The notes beneath the pieces were generated by a model that worked only from the letters and a program-made list of their open reading frames with translations, searched no databases and was not told the DNA's origin. The translations under genes and the position numbers were made by a program. 64,000 bases of DNA from Lepidodermella squamata (Eukaryota; Animalia; Gastrotricha): NCBI GenBank assembly GCA_047495785.1, contig JBLDXI010000024.1, positions 2,852,001 to 2,916,000 of the forward strand. Reading direction: 5' to 3'. Positions 1-10,907 of this stretch are shown piece after piece. Position 1 is the first letter of the stretch. Each line of letters opens with the position of its first letter.

Positions 1-497
1 GTAGCATGGTGATTTGAAGGGAGAAGGGCGTGCGCCATTTTGACTCAAGACACCTTGGCCTAACGTAACATTTCGACCCAACGACAGGTTGACCTATACG
101 AAACGCTGCCCCAATCGTCATATTGGCCCAACTATTCCCATAATTATTTATTTATTTGAAAAACAGGTGACGACATTTCGACTCATATTAAGGTATCAAA
201 AAAAATGAAACAGACAGTTTTGATCGAAAGAAAAGTGCCAACTTTGATTCTTGAAAACATTTGAATTGGCGATCCTGGCGGGCCAATTTTTCTACAACAG
301 GTAGCTCTCAGGTACGGCTGAAGCCAGATACATTTTATGTCTTCCCGTGTCTTACTGGGAATCACCTTTTGGATATTTTTTCTTGGGTATTGAGGTTGAA
401 CACGATAATTCTAGCAAAATCACAATCAAGCGTAAAATTCTCTTTAAGACAGAATGTTCAATTCTGGACTAAAATTCGATAAATTATTAAAAAAATT

Positions 498-1980
498 GGA
501 GCGTTCCCGTTCGCCCAACTTAATCCGCTCAACTTCCCACTCGCCCAACATTTTCGCCCAACCGCGCACTCGCCCAACCAATTCGCCCAACTTTAATTTA
601 AAATTAAAATTAATGCTTAAATACACGCACCTGTGCGTATAGGCCTATAGGGTGTCACGCATGCGCGCCCGAATATCAAAAATTCAAGGCAACAATTTTT
701 ATTTAAATCAGTTCACAACGATTATCCAATAATTCAACAGTAATTGACCTGATGCGAGCCGAATGATTAAGTGCAGCTAATTTTAGTTGTAATCGCAACG
801 TTAATTGAGCTCAAATATTGGGCTGTAACAAATGTTATCGCGGCATTTTTCTTGTCGAGTTTTGGGTTTGCACGGGTTTGCTTTTGGCACGCAATCACCG
901 CAGTAACACCTTTCCTAGATTTCAAAATCCGTGGCCGCTTTAGGGCTTGATTTTCGCTTCTTAAACCGGGGTGATGTGGGAGATATAACGTAGTTACCGA
1001 AATATAAGCCCCCACTCGTTTAGAAGCCTGGCATAAGCCTATCTCAAATAAAAGCCTAGTCTTGAATAGAAGCCTCTTTTCCCCATTTTTCGAGGTATCA
1101 TTTTTGTATAAGCCCGGGTTAGTATTTCGGTAATTATTTCCGGGGTCACGAGTGGCGGTAAGCACGACGAGGTGTGGCGAAGGTGTCGAGGGTGGCGAGG
1201 GTGACGAGGGTGCCTCAAGGGGAGTGGATTTGCTCTCAGCGGGTTGTTTACTCAACGCCTGTTGACCGCGCGTCTTAGGTGCTGTTGTTGGTGCTGCTGT
1301 ACACTTCAGCAGGCCTGCCGCGTTTCCGCTTTACCCCTACTTCCTCGCTTGCGGTCACTTTTTTACGTGGCGGAGGTGCTAGATGTATTAAGGTGGATCA
1401 TACCAACAATATAATAAGTAGGTGTATAATAAAATTACATTTCGCTTTTACAAGGTGTGGGACCGCGTTTTCGGGACCTCGCCGACCGCGTTTTCGAGAC
1501 GGCGAGTCGCGAGTTACAATAACTCGCACGTCGGCGGCGACTGGAGGCTGTTCGCATAGTAGCGCGGCATTGACTAGCATCAAATTAGCATCTTCGCAAG
1601 TTGCGCAATATAACGACTTCTTCGGCGCTTTTTTTATTACACGTCTTGCATATACCCGGCTTATGTTTAATGTCAAAGTGGAAAAAGTAAGCAGAAAATT
1701 GTTAAAGTAAAATTTAGATCGTTCAAATAATAAAAATGTGGATAGAAATGTAAGACTTGGGTCGTTCCAATTACATAAAATCTTGGCCCTCTAATTTCTG
1801 AAGGCGCGTGAAGCAACACATGTTACACCTGATGCTTGAGCGCGCGCGTGCATGCCTTTCAGCGTTAATTTTAATTTTAAATTAAAGTTGGGCGAATTGG
1901 TTGGGCGAGTGCGCGGTTGGGCGAAAATGTTGGGCGAGTGGGAAGTTGAGCGGATTAAGTTGGGCGAACGGGAATCACCC
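498..1980. mobile_element. Non-autonomous long-TIR DNA transposon (MULE/Mutator-like), internally deleted
   Basis: ~120-bp terminal inverted repeats built of TCGCCCAAC units (498-~620 vs ~1860-1980), GG...CC ends, flanked by the 8-bp direct repeat AAAAAATT (490-497, 1981-1988). Internal minus-strand exon remnants encode KRKRGRP/RKRGRR basic (AT-hook-like) motifs. Superfamily assignment is inferred. Confidence 0.75.
997..1130. mobile_element. Small MITE (TA-CCG...CGG-TA, Tc1/mariner/pogo-like) nested in the element above
   Basis: taCCGAAATA ... TATTTCGGta inverted ends with TA flanks; internal ATAAGCC/AGAAGCC subrepeats. Confidence 0.5.
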
Positions 1981-2012
1981 AAAAAATTTACTCTTGGCAC
2001 ATTTCGAATATA

Positions 2013-2400
2013 CAGAGTGTCCCAGAATTTGCGCAACTATTTATTAATTTGGCAAATTTTAGTAGGAAATTCATTAATTTTATTAAAATAAACCTACCGA
2101 GAAAATTTCCATCTTTTATCGGCGATTTAACCGAAGAAATACAAAATTTACCGGAGAAATCCCGGAAAACCCCGATGGTAACTGGTTCGGTAATTTTCGG
2201 TATTTTACCGGGTTGTACCAAATTTCTCCGGAATTTTTTAATCCCATTGAAAGTGACGCATACTTAATTACTATTCTTATGATATTTTGAATTTTTCTAA
2301 ATATTTTCTGGCCACGAGGTGTGACTTCGTCTCTCATTTTAAAATTTCTGAACCCTTTTCCGTGTATTTTCTTTGCATGCGTTACTTATGGGACACGCTG
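2013..2400. mobile_element. Tc1/mariner-type MITE, family A copy 1
   Basis: ta|CAGAGTGTCCCA ... TGGGACACGCTG|ta; related copies at 58896-59264 and 62741-62977. Confidence 0.8.
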
Positions 2401-2982
2401 TAAGGTTCCGCGAAAAGCGTATTTAGTTCCGCTGAAAAATATTTTGTTTTCAAAGATTTTTCAAATTTTTTAGCGGCATATTTTCACAGTTCAAAATTAC
2501 CTGGTTTTATACCTGAACTTCAGTTAAATACGTGGCTCAAACTCCCCGTTAGGATTGAATTGTTTTGTAGAATTTTAGAGAATGCTTTGATGATTAAAAC
2601 GTTGCTCTTTGAGTTTATTGAAACTTGAATTGGAACTTCGCCATTGGTCTGGTTAACAGGGGTCAAAGTTCAGCCTCAAAAAGGTTAAACCTAACGTTTA
2701 ATCACCTCAAGCGTTCTGTTTTTCACCTCAGCCAGACTTCACCCATGCTAATCACCTGCCGATTTCTGACCCCAATAGCTTGATAAACCTTATCATTATA
2801 ACCACGAAAATACTAGTTTTACGCACTCGTGTGCCCACACCCATTTCGCTGCCTGGCCTTTGTACCACCGGCAACACGACCAGGGCAAAGTACGAAACCT
2901 GGGCCACTGTAAAAACTGCACGAAATTCGAAATTTTTTCATCCGCCTTGAAACATCTCAAGTAAAATCACTATTTCATCAAA

Positions 2983-3793
2983 ATGTCGGCTGTTTTTGTT
3001 GCCCTTTTGCTTATTTCGGCTGTAGCTGCTTCTCCGGCTACGATCGACCGGGAAAATATGAGGTAATGAATTCACTTGAAATGTAATTTCACTATAATTT
3101 GATTTTTCTCACCAAAGCTGTGACTATCTCGCGAATCCCGCCAATCAAAACCCGTGGCTGATGATGTCGTCGGCTGATTGCTTCATCCCGCCCTTCAACA
3201 ACGGCCGCTGTTGCAGCGACAATACTTGCAAATTCGGCCATGGCGCACTCGATCGCTCCTGCCCTGAGGACATTCAATGCGGTCGAGATGGCGACTGCCC
3301 GGCCGATCACTGCTGCTCGCGTCAACACACTGGAGCCGGCCAAATTTGCATCCCCGTCGAAGCTGGACGCGATTTCGGCGTTTGCAAGTAAATTTGTTAA
3401 ATCTTATTGGGATGTCCCATTTCCGAAAAATGTCCCTCAGACACCTTAAATTATTATCCTTATTTAATTGAGTTCAAAAAATTCTGGAAATCGGAAAAAA
3501 ATAATTTTTCAACTTTTTAAATTAATTTTTTAAATTTTTAAATTGTCCATTGATTGAAAAATTGAAAAATTGAAATTTAATCTAATTTATTTTATTTTAG
3601 GAGCGCTTGCAAGGCTAATAACGATTGCAAGGCCGGTTCGTGCTGCTTCAACGGCATGTGTGGCGTTGTTGGCAAGCAAAATTGCCCGTGTGCCAGTTCC
3701 AGCGAATGCAGCGACGGGCTTTCGTGTCTTCGTGGCAGTCCTTTTGAAGAGTTCAACCGCTGCATCTTCCCCGCCCAGCAAATCGATCAGTAA
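2983..3793 (+). CDS. Secreted cysteine-rich protein (180 aa, 22 Cys), Dickkopf/colipase/prokineticin-like C-x5-C-x4-CC repeats
   Basis: Exons 2983-3062, 3118-3387, 3601-3793 splice in frame with GT-AG introns; signal peptide MSAVFVALLLISAVAA; motifs CGRDGDCPADHCC and CKANNDCKAGSCC; AATAAA at 3811. Confidence 0.85.
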
Positions 3794-4096
3794 ATTGGCC
3801 AGAAACCTACAATAAAACTAATGACCTAATTCCATAGGGCATGATGATCTGAGCCTATTCCTTAATTAGCTTAACAACGTTCGACCGATAAATAAAAATC
3901 AAATAAACCCGAGATGAGAAGGTATTATCGGTCTTCGGTATTATATAATTTTATATATATTATTCAATTTTCTTCGGCCTCAACAAAAATCTCTAGATGC
4001 CATAACATCTGTTTTGTTTTTCCTAATTGGACAATCGTTTTGAAAAATCCAAAATTGCGACCAAGTATTTAACAAAAAAAAACCCAACATTTTACC

Positions 4097-4765
4097 ATGG
4101 ACTCCACTTATCTTTTATCATTGGTTTTCCTTGTGTTTCGAGCTTCTATTTGCGAAGGTATGACAAATTAATATTCAAATTCGAGGTATTATTTTGTTTC
4201 TCAGGGGCTGTTCGCTGCTATTCCTGCCATGGCTACGTCGGCGACTGCGAAGGTCTTTACACCCCGATCGACTGTTCTCTCAACTCGCATTTTTGCATTG
4301 TTAGCAATTTATTTCCAGAATTTTCTATTAAATCCTCAATAATAGTCGTTCGAAAGGAAATTTTATTAATTTTTGTTAAATTTTTGAAATTTAAAGGTCG
4401 CCGAGGACACTCAACAAAATGCTGTAGCCCAAACTTGTGCGGCGAATGAAGAGTGCAGTGGAGGCCAGTATCGCATAGAAGGTGGCCAAGTTGCTCTGCC
4501 CAGCCGCTTCGAATGGCTATTTTCCCTAAACCGCACCTCAGGCGTTACCTCTACAGCTGGACCTAGTAGCGGCGATGAAATTTCGCGTCAAAATCAACTG
4601 GTAGCAGTCACTTGCTGTACAGGTTCCATGTGCAATTGCGTCGGCCGGCAATGCTATACTGCACCACCTTCTCGTGGCAAACCGGCCAAGCGTGACCTAA
4701 TCTCATTAACCTTCATTACAGTTATTACCTTCCTGTCTCATTTATTCACTCAATTTTTTATTTAA
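4097..4765 (+). CDS. Ly6/uPAR (three-finger) GPI-anchored protein, paralogue 1
   Basis: Exons 4097-4157, 4205-4299, 4397-4765; signal peptide, VRCYSC...CCTGSMCNC, hydrophobic C-terminus. Confidence 0.85.
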
Positions 4766-4946
4766 TTTATTGGAAAAATATCTTCAATTTTAATTGCGAA
4801 CTTTTCAATAAATTTTAATTACGAGTTCGAAAATTGCGGCGTAATATTTAATGCGTCATTGAATTTCGGGAATCTAATGAAAATCGAAGCAATCTTCATT
4901 AAATTTTATCTCATCATCGCTATCAAGTCATTTATTGTTGCAGCCG

Positions 4947-5575
4947 ATGGACCTTGCAAGCCATTTCATTTTACTTGTGATTTTTTCAGATTTTTTCGAA
5001 ATAACAGGTATGCTCTAAGAAACTTTCAATATTTTGTTATCAGCTTTTTATCTTAGAGGCTGCCCGGTGTTATACATGTAGTGGATTTGTCGACGATTGC
5101 GAAAATCGTAGATCAGTAACTGATTGCGGTCCGAACACATTTTGCCTGGTATGAAATTGTTTTTCAAAATTTTCAAGATGTTAATGAAAATTTTTTAATT
5201 TTCCAGATCGCACAGGATCCCAATAAAGGCCAAATCGAGCAGGCGTGTGCCCATACCGAAGATTGCCCGCGATCCGAAGGCTTGCCCGGTGGCCGGTACT
5301 TGGTTCGAAAGTCACTCGACTCGCAGAAAAATGACCTTAACAACCTATTCGATATCGCTGATTCATCTCGGAAAGCCGAACAAAAAATCGACGTAGTCTG
5401 CTGTACCAACAACTTATGCAACTGCGTCGGGCGCCAATGCTTCTCACAGCCGGTTACTGGACGAGCTTATTCTTCGATTAAATTCGAAAATATGCCTGAA
5501 AAGTGCAGAATTATGGCAATTTTCCAAGCGACTCTTGTCATAGCAACTCATGCATTTTTATCTTTCATTGTTTGA
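4947..5575 (+). CDS. Ly6/uPAR (three-finger) GPI-anchored protein, paralogue 2
   Basis: Exons 4947-5007, 5057-5148, 5207-5575; ARCYTC...CCTNNLCNC; same intron phases as paralogue 1. Confidence 0.85.
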
Positions 5576-6013
5576 ATTTTGTGAAAAATACCTGCGAATT
5601 TTAAACAATTTTATTAACATGACTACAGTCTATATCGTCGATTTTAATGAAAAATATTGTTATTCCATTGTTACAACAATAAAACACCTGAAATTTGGTC
5701 AATTTCATGTTTTGTAAAATTATGCAAATAAAAAGGTCAAAGATTGAAAAAATTGAGTCCAAGCAAAAATTATCACGGAAAAATTCAAAATCGGTCTTTC
5801 ATTTGATTCATTTTTGTATTTTCGTGAAAAATGACACGCGATTAATTTTGAAAACATGTTTCATTTTTGTGGGCAGGTTCCAGGACGTAGGTCCGGCACG
5901 CGCGCGAAAGTGAGAGCAAAGCAGTTATTCCAACTCAAATTTTCATTTAAATTCCAGTGACAACAATATTCACGACCTTTCAACGACTTTTAAACCCCTT
6001 TGAAACCTATAAA

Positions 6014-6555
6014 ATGGCCGCCAAATTTGGAGTTTTTGCCTATTTATTCATTCTCGCAGCTTTCATTCACAAATCAGGTATGGTTTTATTATTTTTCAAA
6101 TTTTTTCAAATTTTTTTCCTCGATAGTGGCGATTTCCTGTTACCAATGCCAAGGCTTTGAAGACACATGCAGCGGCGTCAACAACATTGTCAACTGCGGA
6201 TCTCGTCCATTCTGCATTGTAAGTAGCCCCAAAAAAAACCTGGAAATTTTTTAAATTAATTTACGATAATTAATTTCTCTTTATTTTCCAGATCGCAACC
6301 GATCCTAACAAAGGCCAGGTCATTCAAGAGTGTGCTGTCGAAGAGGACTGCCCGCGTAATGCTGGCTCGGTGACAATTAACGGCAAAATCGAGGTCATTT
6401 GCTGCTCATCGAATCTGTGCAACTGCGTCGGCCAGCAATGTTCAATTATCGGCGGTGCGGCCTCGTCCAACTACGCCTCTATGACCTTGATCTGGACAGT
6501 AGCCACAGCTACCCTAGCTATCGGCCTGGCCTTCATTTACTTTGAAAATCACTGA
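6014..6555 (+). CDS. Ly6/uPAR (three-finger) GPI-anchored protein, paralogue 3
   Basis: Exons 6014-6077, 6127-6218, 6292-6555; ISCYQC...CCSSNLCNC; GGAASS small-residue omega region followed by a hydrophobic tail. Confidence 0.9.
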
Positions 6556-6793
6556 ACAAAGAAAGACGAAGATTCATGCTATCTTTTGAATTTATTTCGA
6601 ATTTTATTAAATTTTATCTGGTAGTTTTACCGCATTGTCTAAACACATTATCGATTTTCGAAAGTAAACTGGACTGAAACTTTCAACTGGCATTTTATTA
6701 AGAAAATTCACCGTACGGAGCTCGAGAAAACAGAAAAGCAAGTGGCGAAAAAATTCGAATTTTTGTACGCAAAAAATCGGAAAAATCACTGAT

Positions 6794-9442
6794 TTATCGA
6801 TCAATACTAGGAATCAATATCGATTCTGAAGGCTGGAGTATAAATCGAAAATTGACCTGCAATAGTGCAAAATGCGCGTAATAATGAAATCTATCGGCTA
6901 GATTCAAACGAGAACTGGAACTATAAAGCCTAAATTTGTGAGAAATCATAAGAAGGTACCCGGAATTTAGGGTGACCACACCCATTTTATAACTCTTTTC
7001 ACCGATATTCATCTAATTTTTTAAACACCCTACTTCACCGACATTGTAAAGTCCAAGTGCAATGACCGGTTTCCGACTTTCCGGGTCGATAACAGCAGCT
7101 ATTGATCGAAGATGATTAACATCACCTGAGCTTTGCCAAACCGGCGCTAGTCTCATCATTTGCGATGTATCACTAGGGTCGTAGTAATCCGCCTTGTTAT
7201 TATTTGACACCGGTAAATCGTAACTGCCCGAAAACCGGTGATGGTTTTCATCGAGATCTTCATCGCTTGATAAGTTGTCTTGGCCATCGTCATGGGCATG
7301 CCGCAATACAACCGATTCTGCCATCATTTTAGCCTTCAAAATTTCCACAGATTTTCTGGTTATTTTGGAATTGGCAAAGGATGAATCGATTTCAGCCTTG
7401 AGTGAGCGTCGATAAACTGGAGCAAAAATCTGTAAAAAAAATTGAAAATTACTATAGCTCAGAATATTTTATCGATTTTTTTCCTACGACAACCGGATGC
7501 GGAATACAAAAATTATTCAAATTAAATAAAATTTCCAATAATTTATTAAAATTGTTTTTTAGCTGCGCATGTACCAAACGTACTTTTTCAATGAAAGACG
7601 TACAAAATGCGAAAACATGTTTCTCGCTACGTATTTTTTTTTCATTTCAATTTTTCGATATAAGCACTACATAGTATAATTTTGATTATACTAAGTGCGC
7701 ACTTCCAATCTTGGCTTTCGATGTCTGATAAGAAATCCCACTTTTTTTCCAATATAGATTAGGCGACATTAAAAGGACTTCTATCAAGTATCAATTCAAG
7801 GATTCTCATTATCGACACTGTAGCGCATTGATCGATATTGAAAACCAGACAATCTTAATTTTGTTATTGAAGTTTTCGTTCTACTTCCATTGAGAAATTC
7901 GTGGGCGATTTTATCAATGACATTCCATAATCTTGGTAATTTGGCCTATTTAATGGGACATTTATAGAGGGGGTATAATTTTAGCCATAATTCCTAAATA
8001 TTTTCACTAATTTAACCTCAATTATTTATTTTTCCTATTTTGTATTATTTTTATTCGCTATTTTTCAATTTTAATAAATTTACCTGAATTCGATTATTTC
8101 CAAAATCGGCTACCAGTAGATTTCCGGCTAAATCGAACGATAAAGCCCTGGGCAAGTAGACCTGTCCAAATTTGTAGCCTTTCGTAGCCAGCGTCCGCAT
8201 TAGATTCGCCTCTATAGACTCGATCGAGCCCTGAATCCGCATCCCATCACTCGTCACGCCCATTTTATGCCTTACAACAATTTCAAAAATATAAATCCGG
8301 CTATTGCGGTAATCGGCGACGGCTAAACATGTTGTAGTCACGCTTTTCGGCTCTTCATAATGCCGCGTTATACGGCAATCAGGCACAGTAGCCACCTTAT
8401 AAGGATGGAAAGTTCGCTGGAGCGTAACGGACCCGGTCACGCGTGGCTTTGCGACCCTCAAATTAACAGCGGATGGGCATTTTTTGCTGCTAGATCGATT
8501 GTCCGGGATTGCAGGCTGATTTTCAATCGACCAAATGTGAACGCACTGATTTTGCTCGTCACAAGCATACATCAGCCGGGCGCTCGCATCGACAGCCAAA
8601 CCATCGAATCGTGTCGGAATATTCGCATCTTGAGATGAGAAAAACGGGGAAATTCGAAGCGTACTAAGTTGCTGGCCATTTTTAACAAGAGAAGACAAGT
8701 CCGCGACAAAAATTGAGCTGGGTGGCAAAACAATAGGACCCTTACTCCTTCTATAGCCCAATCCACCAGCTGGATCAGCTCTGAAAAAAATTAAGGTGGA
8801 TTTTTTACGCATGACTGATTTTTGCAAATATTTTCCGCTCACCTTGCCAAATGTTGAGCGAATGTGATTCGCGGCGTCCCGTCACGGTTCAATAAACTCG
8901 ATGCGAAATCACTCACCGGAACGGAGTTGATTTCAGCCGTGACATATAGCCTATTCGTTGCCATGTCAAACGCAGCGTGATGAATGCGCGTCTCATCGGC
9001 AGTTTGACCCGGCATTATCAGCCTGTCTTTCCAGGTCACAGTTGTTAGATCACCCTCTAGTTCGAATATTTCGCCGTCGAAGCAAACGGCTATCACGCTG
9101 CTTAGCCCGTATTTAGATAGTGGCGCTAAGGTTTCTACAACCTTTGAGGCGGCTTTGAATCGCGGGGCATTGGCCAATTTTACGGACAAATTCGACCAAT
9201 AATTAGCTGAGAACAATGAACAGCGCTTCTGGTACTTGCTCTCCATATTATCGTGAACTAGTTTTTCGAGACTTTTTTTTTAGAACTGTTCGGAAAGCAG
9301 GAATTACGGCTAGACAGGTTCCGGAGAAGTAGGTGTGAAAACTGTAGAGTTTTTGTTTCGAAATATTCAACTTTAGAGTGGGAGTTGTAGTTCTCACGCC
9401 TCCTACAATGCTGTCATGGTCACACTTCAGCGGTACATGCAA
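6794..9442 (-). CDS. NHL-repeat (beta-propeller) protein; 5' and 3' ends uncertain
   Basis: Exons ~9442-8843, 8781-8083, ~7429-7034 and a probable terminal exon 7012-6794; NHL signatures FGQVYLPRALSFDLAGNLLVADFGNNRIQ, FDGLAVDASARLMYACDEQNQCVHIW, LAVADYRNSRIYIF; apparent frameshift in the T-run at 9273-9281. Confidence 0.7.
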
Positions 9443-10907
9443 CTTTTTGAAATCGAAAATCGATGATCACTCAAATAGTGGCCTTAATTATTCATGAGAA
9501 TCTAGAACTCGAAAAATCATAGCTGAGGATTTTTTGTCCAAATCATCGGCCAAGAAGTGGTATAAAAATTAAAAAAAAAAGAAAAATTTTGCTTTCACAT
9601 TTTTTAATTAACAAAATTGCCTAAGTACGTTGGGACTTCAAATTTAGCAGATAATTAGCTATAAGTAAACATTTTTTACCTAATACGTCATTGAGCCCTA
9701 TTTTGTATCGCGCACAACTTCGTTTATAACGTTTATATTTATTCGGAGTATAATAATAGACCTCGTTACGCTTGATTGCACTTGCTAATGCGAGATTAAC
9801 GTGCGCGTCGAATAAATATTGCGCGAAAAAAATCGCCCTTTCGACACGTTCAAGTTATTACTCGCATCAATTAATCGTTTGAAGCGGATATTTCCGTCAG
9901 CCATATCAGCCAAATCGCGATTTCGCTTGCCCGAACAGGAATATATGTTTCTTCCAGCATTTTTCCGTTCTGGAATAATATACCAAGATGGGAATTTATA
10001 CGAACTCACCTCGAACTTCGCAATTTGATAAATTTTTCCAATTATTTTTGCTTGATTTCGATGCAAGTCACCCACTTTTTTTTATCACTGATTCAATTTT
10101 TACTTCCATTTTCTTGTTGTAGGTGGATTTTATTTATGAGGGGGAACCCTGGATTAACCACAGTAACTTATATTATTAACTTTATATTATTACTTCTTTC
10201 AAGCTATAAGTTGACCTCAAAAGTACGATCTTGTTTTATATGAATCGTCTCAATTCGTTGAAAATAATTGTCTACACTATGAAAATAAAAAAAAGGTTAA
10301 TGGCCTTGGCAACGATCCTATATTTTTCCCACCCTCTTATTTAAAGTTATCAATAATGGGTTTTTTATTCATTTTTTATTACCGTAATGAGGAGAAAGGG
10401 ACGCACGCATCTGTTATCAATTTACTACTTTTTTTATACGCAATCGCCCCCGAGTAAAACCGCAATTTTTTTCTTCTTGGCTCAGACTAATATTATTACT
10501 ATATGTATCATGCTTAATAGACCGTGCAAACCCGCCTCTAATTCAATAATACCTAAGACGTTCCTGCCCCCACGTTATCGTGCACCGATTTTTACTACGC
10601 CCAATCATCCAGGGACAGCAGGCTTAAAATAGTAGGATAGGCAATATCAACTATTTATTCTGTAGAAATTATTCCCAAGGCGTATAGGTCCAAAAATGTA
10701 CGCAATAACTTCTCTGAAAAGAGTTACTAAGTTGACTAAAATTGGGGCTATATAAGCTATAAGCGGAACGCGTTAAAAATGATCGGATAGGTCATGTGAC
10801 ATATTACTACGACAAATTTTGGTTTTAGATTTTTTACACAATTACGCCTAATTTTTTATTCTGGATAAAATGCGGCAACCTCTCGCAGGCATGAAATTCT
10901 ACCGCCG

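Noticed and set aside
444-2091. Duplicated 60-80 aa ORFs (KLGELVGRVRGW / RSPNLIRS)
   Set aside because: They are the two TIRs of the transposon read in opposite directions
4859-5056. Longer upstream ORF as the start of Ly6 paralogue 2
   Set aside because: Its frame does not splice into exon 2; ATG 4947 gives a 61-nt phase-1 exon identical in size to paralogue 1
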